The notes under the pieces: model-generated
The model's input: only the letters and a program-made list of their open reading frames with translations
What the model was told of the DNA's origin: nothing
Databases searched by the model: none
Origin: Macrostomum lignano
Lineage: Eukaryota
DNA length: 64,000 bases
Direction of reading: 5' to 3'
NCBI GenBank assembly: GCA_002269645.1
Contig: NIVC01000323.1
Span: 186,001 to 250,000 of the forward strand
Program-made: the position numbers and the translations under genes
In this document: one piece after another, positions 10,623 through 22,028 of the stretch
Position numbering within the stretch: the stretch's first letter is position 1
How the letters are laid out: every line of letters starts with the position of its first letter

Positions 10623-13187
10623 TCAGAACAGTTCGTCCTTGAACGGCACCGTGTCCAACCTGCCCATGCTGGCCATGGCGGGCGAGGATTTGAGCAGCGA
10701 TTTGAGCAGCTGATTCACCTGCTCGGCGGTCACCTTGGCCATGGCAGACTCGTCAGTGGCGTCGTCAACAACCGGAATTCCATCGGGGCCGGGCTGGGAG
10801 TGCAGCAGGCGGTTGGCCAGTTCGGTCAGGCGGTCCTGCGGCTGCAGCTTTGCCTCTGCGGCCAGGCGGCCGGCCACCGCTTTGGCCGAGTTCACGTCGG
10901 CTTCGGCCACGCCCGACCTGGCCAGCTGGCGGAAGGCCCCGGCAACGGCCTTGGCAACCGAGCCGGCGTCCTCGTAGCCGCAGACAATGTGAAAGCCGAG
11001 CACGCCAGAGTCCGAGTACTGCAGGTTCACGCCGCTGACGGCGCATGGAGCCGAGGACTTCACGGCCGAGGCGGCGGCGGCGCCAATCGGTGACAGCCGG
11101 CCAGAGTCCCACAGCAGGCCGGGCCCGCCACACAGCAGGGCGGTCAGCACCGTCTGGGCCGCGGAGTCCGCGCTGCCCAGGGGCCGGCCTTCGACACCGA
11201 TTAGCATCTGGTGGGGATGGCGATGGGGTTGGGGGTCAACTGAGGACAAGCTACTGGGGTCAACTGAGGACAAATAATTACTGGGGTCAACTGAGGACAA
11301 ATAATTACTGGGGTCAACTGAGGACAAATAATTACTGGGGTCAACTGAGGACAAATGACTGGAGGTCAACTGAAGACAAATAACTGGAGGTCAACTGAGG
11401 ACAAATGACTGGAGGTCAACTGAGGACAAATGACTGGAGGTCAACTGAGGACAAAATACTGGAGGTCAACTGAGGACTAATGACTGGAGGTAAAATAAAG
11501 AAAAATGACTGGAGGTCAACTGAGGACAAATGACTGGAGGTCAACTGAGGACAAATGACTGGGGGTTAACTGAGGACAAATGACTGGAGGTCAACTGAGG
11601 ACGATTTACTGGAGTTCAACTGAGGACAAGTGAGGACAAATTACTGAGAGGGTTCAAGAGGTCAAGAAATGGCTCAGCACACACAATGATTTACATATAA
11701 ACCCCGCGTTTACCTGGACGGTAGGATTGCCATTATCGTAGCGACATTCGCCGCCACGCCACTGGCTAGCTGGCGCCTGCGGCAACTGCTTGGGCTCCAG
11801 ATAGCACAGCTTGTGAGCCAGATCCTTCATAGTGGCCATTGGCAGGCCAACGCCAACCAGAGCGAACCTGTCGGGTGTGTAGAACTGGGCGAAGTACTCC
11901 TCCAAGACGTCGGCGTTCACCTCGCCGACGCGGTGCTCCGGGCAGAACAGAGAGTTGGCCAGGCCGGTTTTGTAGGCCACGGAGTGGAACCGCTCGGCTA
12001 GGAAGGCGGTGCTGCCGCGGATGTGGGCGAGGTCGGACCGAATCAACTCGGCGTTCCGCTTGATCTCCCAGGGATAGAATGCCGGCTGGGTGCTGGCGAA
12101 GGCGAACGCCGTGGCGGCGATGTCAACGGCTTCGTCTCGGAATTTATAGTGCGACATTGAGTAGGCGTTGAGCTCGCGGAGGCCGCGGAACTCCACGTTG
12201 GCGCCCACCTGAGGGTGTGAGGATTTGAGTGGGGTTTGGGGATTATTTAGGGATTGTGAGACATGGGGACTATATAGGGATTGCCAGATATTGGGATTAG
12301 TTAGGGACTTTGGGATTATCGGATTTGGGGATTATTTAGGGATCATGGGATGTTGCGATTATTTAGGGATTATGGGATCTGGGGATGATTTAGGGATTAT
12401 ATGGGATCTGAGGATTATTTAAGGATTATGGGATCTAAGGATTATTTAGGGATTATGGGATCTAAGGATTATTTAGGGATTATTTAGGGATCTGAGGATA
12501 TTTAGGGATCGTATGGGATCTGGGGACTATTTAGGGATTATGGGATCATTTAGGGCTTATTGAATTTGGAAAATAAATAGGGATTATTTTATAGGATTAG
12601 GAGGATTATTAGCGTATGGTGAAGAGATTACTGTAGGAATAAGGTGGTTAGCATGAAATTTTCTGATAAGCATGGGATTGTGGGATGATTATTTGGGATT
12701 AGGGATTATGGTGTTGCTGGGGAGAGCCTTGGGGACTGAAACACACCTGTTGCAGAGTCCGATTCTGATTGACAGCAAATCGAAACGGTTTCGAAGCCAG
12801 GCCGAGCATTCGCCTGGTCACGTGACTGGCTCCGCTGCTCCAGGGCTCTTCGTAGCGAGGCCCGGCTTTCACAGCCAGCTGCACATGGTAGGCCGGGAAT
12901 TCTGTGGGAACAGAGGCGACCAGCATGCCGTTGACAAGCCGCTCAACTTCAACTTCTCCCAGCGGCACGCCCGGCTTATGCGACAGGGTCAGGTGGACAC
13001 GGTTGGCCCTGGCAACGGCTTTAGCGGCTGGAGAATGATCTGGCGAGAATTCAGCTTCGGGATCGACTTCGGCCATGCGAGAGAATTTCTGATGCTCTCT
13101 GGATTTCAGGGTCATGGAGGTGTCCGTCTGGGCCAGCCGGCGACACTGGGAGTGGGTAAAAGGCACGAGTATAAGTAAACTTTGCAT
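10623..13187 (-). CDS. UQCRC2: Cytochrome b-c1 complex core protein 2 (peptidase M16 family, inactive). Exons 13187/13145-12747, 12208-11714, 11207-10623
   Basis: Motifs RLVNGMLVAS, VKAGPRYE..GASH, FYPWE, YKTGLANSLFCPEHRVG, YSDSGVLGF and C-terminal MASMGRLDTVPFKDELF. No HxxEH. Two phase-0 GT..AG introns. 5' end uncertain (acceptor-like site at 13146-13148, in-frame ATG at 13115). Confidence 0.9.
11225..11645. repeat. 25-27-bp minisatellite (ggtcaactgaggacaaatgactgga) in a UQCRC2 intron
   Basis: Tandem copies. Confidence 0.95.
12215..12720. repeat. Degenerate gggattatttag/gggattatgggatct repeat in a UQCRC2 intron
   Basis: Repeated GGGATT motifs. Confidence 0.8.
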
Positions 13188-13189
13188 CG

Positions 13190-13680
13190 GCAGCTAATTA
13201 GATCTGGAGACAAAGTGCATCAATGGCAACAGGGGAGCGACGGCTAGCATAGCGGCAACAAAAAGCAACCCGGTATGGGCGGCGGACAACAGGGCGAAGG
13301 AAGAGGCAGCAGTCGAGGAAGAGGTGGTCGCAGCAAGTGCTTCAACTGCTTAATGCCTGACGACTTTGCCACCCAGTGCCCAGGCCGACAGTCTACTTCA
13401 GTGCCCCAGATCACTTGCTACCGCTGCTTGGGCAGAGGGCACTGCACTGAGGCCTGTCTAACTCTAGCTTTGGAAAATTGCTTCTAGGACTGGTGACTGT
13501 GGGCCATCATCAGCCCTGCTCAGCATTGCCAGCAAGTCATGTCAGTGGCTATTTGACACCAGAGCGCAGGTGACGCTTGTGTCTACTGCAAAGCTACAAG
13601 AAGCCCTTGGCATCAACGTGTAGCTTTAGCCGCCACTTGGCATTTCAGTTGGCATCAATGGCCAACATCTAGAGTCTCCA
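13190..13680 (+). mobile_element. Ty3/Gypsy-like LTR retrotransposon gag-protease relic
   Basis: Two CCHC-type knuckles (CFNC..DFATQCP, degenerate; CYRCLGRGHCTEAC) followed by the aspartyl-protease-like WLFDTRAQVTLVS at about 13546-13584. Interrupted by stops. Confidence 0.7.
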
Positions 13681-14339
13681 GCATGCGTAACTTCAGTTTG
13701 CAAAATGATTTTGCCTTCCAAAACTGAATGTATACAGCCTGACTATCTAAATGACTTTTTAATTAACTTATTTAAATAGTGATTCTCTATCAAAACTAAA
13801 AGATTGCTCATTAACATTTTTAGTTGCGTACCATGCATGCTGACATTTTGAAATGCATACCAACACTGATGCACATTGACATTCTTACTACATCTTTTGC
13901 CACTGTCAAGGTGTTCAGTGTATGCCAGTTTTAATAGGCAAAATTTTAGGTATATAGAGCATATCCCATAGTTCTAAGTATGCATTATGCATGCAAGAAT
14001 ATTTTTGCCCTATATCCTGCACATGGGAGGGTTGGATCAAATTTACCTAGTGTGTGCCAATAGAATCCACAATAGGTTCAAGTTCAATTAATGTCAGAAA
14101 AATTCTAAACTTTTAAAGAAGAGAGTACAGATAAACAACACTTTTAGGAATGCTTGAATTTTGTAATGACCTAAAAAGTTATTTTTCTTTACCTTATTAA
14201 TGTTAGGCCTACTATAAATGATTATGTTAAAAATGAAAAATATCATGTCATGTTTAAAGACCCAAAATTTCTTTGTGGCATCACAAAATTTTTAGCACAT
14301 ACTGCTATAAGAGTATGCCAAAAACTTCACTAACTCCTT

Positions 14340-16015
14340 GCTATAGTCTAGATCAAGCCTGGTACATAATTCAACAAAAATGAATAGTTACAAATGCATG
14401 CCAAAAATTTTAGCGCACACCTCGTACATTATTAAATGTATGCTAGTACTGTGACAATAAATGACCTTTTTTGCATTGTGATAGTAAATGACCTTTTTGT
14501 CACATAAAGAATCTTTTTAGCAGATAATTTGGTTGCTTTTTTATCTTTTTGGCATATATTATCTTTGCTAGAAAATTGAGATACATATAAACCTTTGCTT
14601 AAATGCTATGTTATAAGCTTAAAAACTGGAAAGCTTGAAATTGATTGCTTAAAAATTAACTTCTTTTAAAATTATTCTTTTTCCATTTACAAGTAACACT
14701 AACTCTTCTGTGTGATTGTATAAAGGACTAAAGGTACACACTAGGTGTCTATGCATACTATTTTTGTAGGAGTCCTGCATACGTATTATGCACACCAACT
14801 TTTGGCATGCAAGGCTAATGCATGCCTGAATTTTTGGGCATATACTAGATGATCTAGAGAATAGACTCCTTGATATACGCACACTATGTGGTATTAGATT
14901 ACCTAATACCTTGTTACATGTAAGAATTTTTCCAAAAAAATAGAATCCTTAGGAGTATACTATAGTATATGCAAAATACTGCAAGTATTATTAATAATAC
15001 TAATGCATGCCCAAAAAGTCTGGCATAAAACAACAGGTATCTTCTTGACTATGTCTAGGCCTATAGATCTAGAGTAAGCCATAGGGCTATAGCAAAATGA
15101 TTAAAAAAACAAAATTTTATACTTCTTTTTAAATCTAAAAATGTTTTTTGGCCATACATGCGCAACTCCCCTGATTTACACTAGCCATGCAACTTACTTT
15201 TTGACCAAAAATGCAACTTACCTGTAAAAAACCTAACGCAATTGTAGGTAAACGGCAGGAGTAACTATGACTGTCTTATAAGGGCTAAATGCCTCGTCAT
15301 CTAATTAGTACTACGTTTGTATTTTAGGCTGGGCATTTTTGCAACGTACCCCTGGTCTACCACAATTTATGGTGGCCAGATCGGCCAGGTCGGCCAACAG
15401 TTGCGCATGTATGTTATTTGGCACTTGGGTTATATTGATGGCTTATCCCACTGGCTTCTTAGCCATAAAAATAACTGCCAACTTTTGTTGCAACTCTACT
15501 ACCACACTTTGGATCATGTAGCATATACCTGAAAACTCAGGTGTGCATTGGCCTTGCACGCCAAAATTAGGTATGCACAGTTGGCATGTATCACTCCTAA
15601 GAAAATAGTATGTGTCATATATGCATACCTGGCATGCAAATTATAGAATCACACATAAGAATTATTGTAAAGTATAAAAAATGAAAGAAGTTAATTTTTA
15701 AGCATACATTTTAAGCTTTCCAGTTTTTTTAAGCTTATATTATAAAAAGCATTTAAACAAATCTTTGCAAATATCAATTTTTTGCTATAAATAAAATTGC
15801 CAAAGAAGCATAAACATCAACCAAATTATTTGCTAATAAAGGTTTATTATACAATTTAAAAAGGTCATTTATTGTCACAAAGTAAATAAGGTCATTTAAT
15901 TGTTGCAACATTGGCATATTTTTGAGAATGGGCATGCATTAAATTTTTTTTGGTGTGCATTTATAATCATTCTGTTTTTGTCTGGGCATGAACCCAGCAT
16001 GATCTGGACTAGGCC
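14340..16015. mobile_element. Diverged foldback / inverted-repeat element (arms about 14340-14840 and 15530-16015)
   Basis: The reverse complement of the left arm aligns by eye along its length to the right arm (e.g. aaaaattaacttc / gaagttaattttt; ccttgcatgccaaaa / ccttgcacgccaaaa). Confidence 0.7.
15247..15309 (+). pseudogene. 63-nt isolated 28S rRNA fragment (R2 retrotransposon / I-PpoI target region)
   Basis: GGTAAACGGCAGGAGTAACTATGACTGTCTTATAAGGGCTAAATGCCTCGTCATCTAATTAGT versus the conserved eukaryotic LSU sequence GGTAAACGGCGGGAGTAACTATGACTCTCTTAAGGTAGCCAAATGCCTCGTCATCTAATTAGT. Flanks are not rRNA-like. Confidence 0.85.
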
Positions 16016-17199
16016 TATAGGCACCCAATAAAATGTGGAATCCATAGCAAAATAGTAAAATAATAGAATGAGCAATGGAATCCATTAACTTTAACTAAAA
16101 TGCAAATGCAAAATAGCTGAAGTGCATTATGATCTATTATATATAATCTTATAAAAGCTTTCAAAATTGTACTAAACTACTAGAGAGAAAATTATGATAA
16201 TAATTTTCAACACTAATTAGCCATAGGGCCTATTATTCACAAGAGAACCTATATTACCATTATGAGTAAAGTCTAATAGATGCTGCTATTTTTAGTTCAG
16301 TTTGCCATAATATAGAATCATACTAAAATTTCTTTACATATCTTTTTTATACAATTACTGAGTTACATTGCTGTAGGCTGGCAAAGCTATATATATTTTA
16401 AATTATATTTTGATTCTTATATTTTGTATTTAACTTCAAGTTATTATATTCTACAGTTGATTCTGCATTTTACCATTCTGCTGTGTATTTTGCATTTTAC
16501 TGTGCTATTCCCTTATGATTCCGCTACAGATTCTGCATTTTACCGCATACCCAGACTATGGCTCTACTATGCCTGAATATATAAGTAGGCCCCATAGTCA
16601 GGATGATATACATTATGCCAGAAATTTCCGGCGTACAATTGAAAATTTTACTTTTTTGCATATAATTAATTGGCTTAAAAAATGAAGCAAAATATATTTG
16701 GCGTACCTTTTGGTGTGACAGGGTGGCGTAAATATGCCAAGCAGCATATGCCAACTCCAACCTTCACACATAACGCCATAACCTCAGAATCTTATTATAA
16801 AATCATAAAAACCATAAAACTTGTAAGATGAAAGTTCATAACTATTTGTGAGTTATAAAAATTTAAAATTCCAGGCAAACTAATTGTGTAATTTTCTAAA
16901 AAAAACTTCAACAAAAAAAAGATTTTTGTTGGCATTATCTATAAGCCAATTTACTTTAAATGAAAACCACACATTTGTTAAATTTTTATTGTTAAAATTG
17001 TTAAAAAATGTTTAACATGCAAAAAAGGTCATTTATTGTCGCAAAGCCTAGAAAACCTGGCGTAAGTTCATAGGACCTTGGCATACGTTTCAGTATGAAA
17101 TGGCGTAGATTTTTTAGGGGACTTTTTATTCCAGCGTATACCATGACATGATCCTGACTATGGAGTAGGCCTATGTTGTATACTAAAAATATATTAACT

Positions 17200-18100
17200 A
17201 AATATGAAAAATTGCAAACCACAAACTTCTGTTTAAAATCAATCGCAAACTAATATTTTAGTTCAAAATTCGAGTAGTAGTAGAAGGTGGTACTATATAA
17301 ATAATACAGGAGTAAAAACTTACAAGAAAAAAAGTTCCATCATCGATGTTTCGCGCGCAAGAACGAAAGTTGATTAGTCTATTCATTGTGATTGTAATAG
17401 AAAATTCTATTAAACAAAACACGATTTACTGCTTTACAGATTAATTGGGACAGATTTCCAAACTTGAACGACTAAGTTTTTTCTTTTTAAGCACTAAAAT
17501 GTATAAATTGTCCTGAATTTGTAAGAAAAAATGGTTTTAAACTTACGGTAGCTCAAATAATTTTTTTATTTCAAAGTGCATTAAAGTATTTTAAAGTAAA
17601 AAAAAATTAAAATTGCAGTAAAGCCATTTGTTTTTTATTGAAAAAACTTACTAACTTTAGTATTCTTTGTTAATGTAAGTTTATAATAACGATTTTTTAA
17701 CATGCAGGGTTTCGGTGTAATTCTTAATTAAACGCCTTTGGGGTGCCTTTTTGGGAGCATAATTTAGTAGGCCCCCTATTGCAATTAATACTTAATAGTA
17801 TCAAATTAGACTATCTAGATGGCTTGATGAAGCCAAAATTGCTACCACAAGTATATGAATTGACGTTTTTTCTTTTTATCTTTTCGTTTTGTTCCTTGAA
17901 TTATGCATAATCCTAGCTAGATTCTAGAAAGAATCTCAAATCAACCAATTTGATTCGCGGTTTAGTTTGACAATTATAGTTAGACTAAGCTTAAAATTGG
18001 CGAACAATCTTCCGAGATGCTAATTCTCAAAAGCACCCTGAAACTAAAGCTGAAAATGCTTAGTCTTAGCCACGTTTTTTAAACCCGAGCCAGCTCAAAG
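17200..18100. promoter_or_regulatory. CpG-retaining island, candidate bidirectional promoter for UQCRC2 (-) and Rab5 (+)
   Basis: Many CG dinucleotides (e.g. tttcgcgcgc at about 17350) between CpG-poor blocks. GTAAGT donors face outward: minus at 17323 and 17546, plus at 17675. Confidence 0.5.
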
Positions 18101-18422
18101 GTATTTACTAGGCCTATAGTTTTAATATTGCCAATTGCAATACTAGGGGGGTGTAGGCTACCCAGCTATACTTTTAAGTTTCATTCAATAGGCCTGTCTG
18201 ACTATTATACGCCTATTAGGCATTTTTTGGCTAGGCCTATTAAAGACAAAGTGGCAAAATGTCAACTAGGCCTAATAATAATATAGAGTTATTATTATTA
18301 TTTTTAGGCCTAATCATCAGATAGGCCCTAACTTAATCTAAACTCTAGATACAAAGGTTGTTTGAAAAGTCTACAATTAATTGTGTGTAAGCCTCATAGG
18401 GCGCCTAGATAAATGAATTCCA

Positions 18423-20489
18423 GTTGTTTTGCCCCCAAACCATTTTGGCCATGTACATTTTGCCCCAAGACCATTTTGCCTATAAACCAGTTTGGTAATG
18501 GGCATTTTGGCCAAAATGGTTATTATGTATTTTAGAAATACAGTTATACATGTAGGCCCTGTATCTTTATTTTCTTTTTTCAATGCTAATTTATAGTTTT
18601 AATTTGTAATAAAATATGATCTGAATTGTTGCCACAACAATTGTTTTATTGCAAGTGCAATTTTGCAATTTTGTTTATTACAATTGTGAATTAAATTATA
18701 AGTTTTTTTAAAGTCATTCTGTCTGTTACAGGCCTTTTAACTCCCTATGAGGATCCCACTAAATGCCACCAAAAGTTGTCATAGGGCTCCGTCTCTCTAT
18801 ACAATTTCAACCGCTGACACCAAAAGCTGTCCCAGGGCTCTTAATTATTATTTTGCTAGCCTTACTAGCTGCTACCAAGCTGTTGCAGGGGTTATTCCTT
18901 TTTGTTAATATTGCTGGTTATTACTTGCCCTTTACTCGTAGTGCATGTACTTCTATTGGTAGCGTATGTACTTTTATTGGTAGCATATGTACTTTTATTG
19001 GTAGTGTATATACTTTTATTGGTAGCATATGTACTTTTATTGGCCTGAGCGTATGTACTTTTATTGGTAGCGTATGTACTTTTATTGGTAGCGTATGTAC
19101 TTTTATTGGCCTGAGCGGTCTCCTGGCACTAATCCTCTAACTCTATGTATCCCCAATTCACTCCTCTAGGAGGGTTTCTCTCAGTCCAGGCGTTGCCGCA
19201 ATCAGAGGGTCACAGCGCACTTCGCTGGGTATTCTGCCCTGAGGTGGGTTTCGCAGACTCTAAGCCTGGATTTCTCTACCCTGTGGTAGGATTTCTGCCT
19301 CCTAAAGGCGGGTTACTAGACTCCTAAGTCTAGGATTTCTCATTCTCTGAGAGCGGACTGAACTCCCAATCTTGGGGCAACTCCTAAACTACTATCCACT
19401 ACTTGAAATAAGTAACACGAGCAAATACAAGCTTAAGGCTAATAGAATTTCTTCTCAACTGAGAATTGCTTATTGTTCAACGAGGAACAGACAAGAGCAA
19501 GTTGGTTTGCTAGGCTCTCAAATGGCCTCTATTTATAGTATAATTTTTCCTGTCATTTCAAACAAAAAGTAATATAAAGAATATAGAAAATATACAAAGT
19601 ATACAAAATATTCATGTAGTAAAACAAAATAATAGCTTTTTTGAATTTATACCTTTTCTAAGAAATGTAAACTACTAAAAGAAGAAGGCCTATTACATGT
19701 CAATTTTTTAAACCAATTTGTACAATTAGAGGGTGAGAAAGGATTTTTTAGTCAATTAAAGCACAAAGCATAAAACCATGATAAAGTATAAAAGTTAAAA
19801 TGCTGTATAAAATTAGTCATTTCAATCAAAGCACAAAGTGTAAAACCCTGATCAAGTTACTTAGCAAAAGTAAAGGTAGAGTGCTGGACAGAAATGTTGA
19901 GACCGAGGAACTTGTGATACCAATGGAGTCCAGCCAGCTCATCCCAGAGTTTTTCCAGCTGCTCTTGCTGTCTTCAATATGTCCATCTCCTTAGACAAAG
20001 CACCTTTCCTTCTATGAAAAGCCTAGCTATAAGTGGAATTTGCTGATACTCACTGTTGATTAGTAGCAAGAGGTAGTAAAACTTAAGAAAACCACTAGTG
20101 GCCTTTCAGTTCAGACGGTTCAGTTCAAACAGCATTGTTGTTTGTCCTATACAGCTGGCAGTAAGATGACCATGATGCCGGTGGCCACATTAAGCTCCTA
20201 ATCCATGTTTCCTGGATGTAGGATATCCAATGCTACGATTCTTGGCTGGTGGCAGCTCTACATAGCAGATTAGAAAAGGCCATTGGAATGGCATGATGCG
20301 GCAGGCACAAAAGTGACATAACTTTGCGGCAAAATTACTCTCAGCTCATGACTTTGTTCATTTCAACCCTGGTCCAAATTGGAGGCAAAATGGTCCATGG
20401 CCAAAACAGTCTGTGGGCAAAATAGTCTGTGAGTGAAATGGTCTGGGGGCAAAATGTCCATGGCCAAAATGGTTTATAGGCAAAACAAC
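18423..20489. mobile_element. About 2.07-kb non-autonomous element with long subterminal inverted arrays (GGCCAAAATGG-type subrepeats) and nested LTR-like material
   Basis: 18423 gttgttttgcccccaaaccattttggccatgtacattttgcccc matches the reverse complement of 20441-20489 with few mismatches. Internal 21-bp tandem at 18940-19115. Confidence 0.6.
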
Positions 20490-21263
20490 CAATTACTAGA
20501 TAAACAAATGTTAAATATTAGGCCCTACTTTATCTATTATTCTACTTCTTAATATAGGTAGGCCCTATCTTTGAGAATTATGTGTTTATGTCATCTTTCA
20601 GGCAACCTCTCAATGCTAGCAACATAAAAATTGGTAGGTGACTTCTTGGCCTTAAACCCATTAGCTTAGAAATAAGTTTAACTGTCAATACTATTAGTAT
20701 ATCTTTTTAGTAATCAACTTTAGCAATAATTTAAATTATTTTATTTATTAGCATCTTAAATATTTTATTGTTACCCATGGTTTAATTTTCTAGTTAAACT
20801 GTATTATTTATTTCAACTTATATATCTAACCTAACTTTGTAAAAAAATTGAAGGCAAAGAAAATTAGGCTCCTAATCAAATGCATATTGAAAATTAAAAT
20901 TTTGTAAGTAGTTATAGTAGAAAAAAGTAGATTTTGTCATTTCAAGTTGCTAACTTAGATTCTAATGTATAAAATATTTGATCAGTTATATCATAGTTCA
21001 GATTGTGTATTAGTGCATATAAGATTTGTGTACCAATACAAAAATTTTGTCCTTAGACACAATGTATCTACTATGTTATATATACTAGGATACCTTGATA
21101 TATGCTGAAAAATAATAAGGCCCTTGTTATATGCTAAGAAATCCTGGCATATATGTTGCCTTTCAAACTATGACAATTACAAGATGTCTATTAGTGTCTA
21201 TATCTAATAAACCCAGTAATTAAAAAAAAATTGTTAAAACAAACAAATAGTTTTCTGCATCAA

Positions 21264-22028
21264 GCCCATTCCATATAAGATGGACATATTTGGAAAAAAG
21301 AAAAAAGTCAATATTTTTGCTTGTCATTGCCTTATCAGCCAATTTTTTTACCAAATCTTTTTTGTATGTAATGTGTACAATCTAAGAAAAAATAAATGAT
21401 AAAATGTTGGATTAGTATGTTATCAATTGGCAAAAAGTTATTTTTGTAAAAAATTGGACATTTTCTAAGCAAAAGACATCATTAAGTTTATGTACCTTTT
21501 AAAAACAAATAGAAAGCTATATATAAAATTATAGTACTTGCATCATCGGATAAAAACATTAGCAACCATATAATCTATTATATTTTTAATATATTAGTAC
21601 TTCAAAGTTACTGAATTGACAGAAAAAAATATGTTACAACCATAATGTTACGACCATAAGGCTGGCTTTTCTTTTGTATCTTTGTTGCCTTTTTGAGTTT
21701 ATATATTCTAATAAAAGAGTATGACTTCTAAAGATGTTCTTAGTCAAATTTAAAAAAAATTATTGCAAAATATCAAAAATGAAAAATTTTATAAGACTTT
21801 TATCTTTTAGTTTCTATATGTCAAAAATCCTGTTGTTACAACCATAAGTGCTATTCAAGGTTTAATAACATCTATACTAATGATGATATCTATATGAAAC
21901 TTTATAAACATATTCTTGACAAAATAATCTTTCATTCAAAATATTGGTTTAGTATATTCTATTATTAGATTTCATTTTATAAGTAAAAATAGTCTGTCAT
22001 GTTACGACCATAATTATATGGAATGGCC
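21264..22028. mobile_element. 765-bp MITE with 15-bp TIRs and a 6-bp direct repeat (CATCAA)
   Basis: Left end GCCCATTCCATATAA; right end TTATATGGAATGGCC (14/15 inverted match). CATCAA lies at 21258-21263 and 22029-22034. Internal GTTAC(A/G)ACCATAA motif occurs four times. Confidence 0.7.

Noticed and set aside
15247-15309. Functional rRNA gene
   Set aside because: Only 63 nt match, flanks are non-rRNA, and the conserved core is mutated.
20040-20360. BEN-domain-like HNFAAKLL peptide inside the TIR element
   Set aside because: Short motif in a stop-riddled frame; insufficient evidence.
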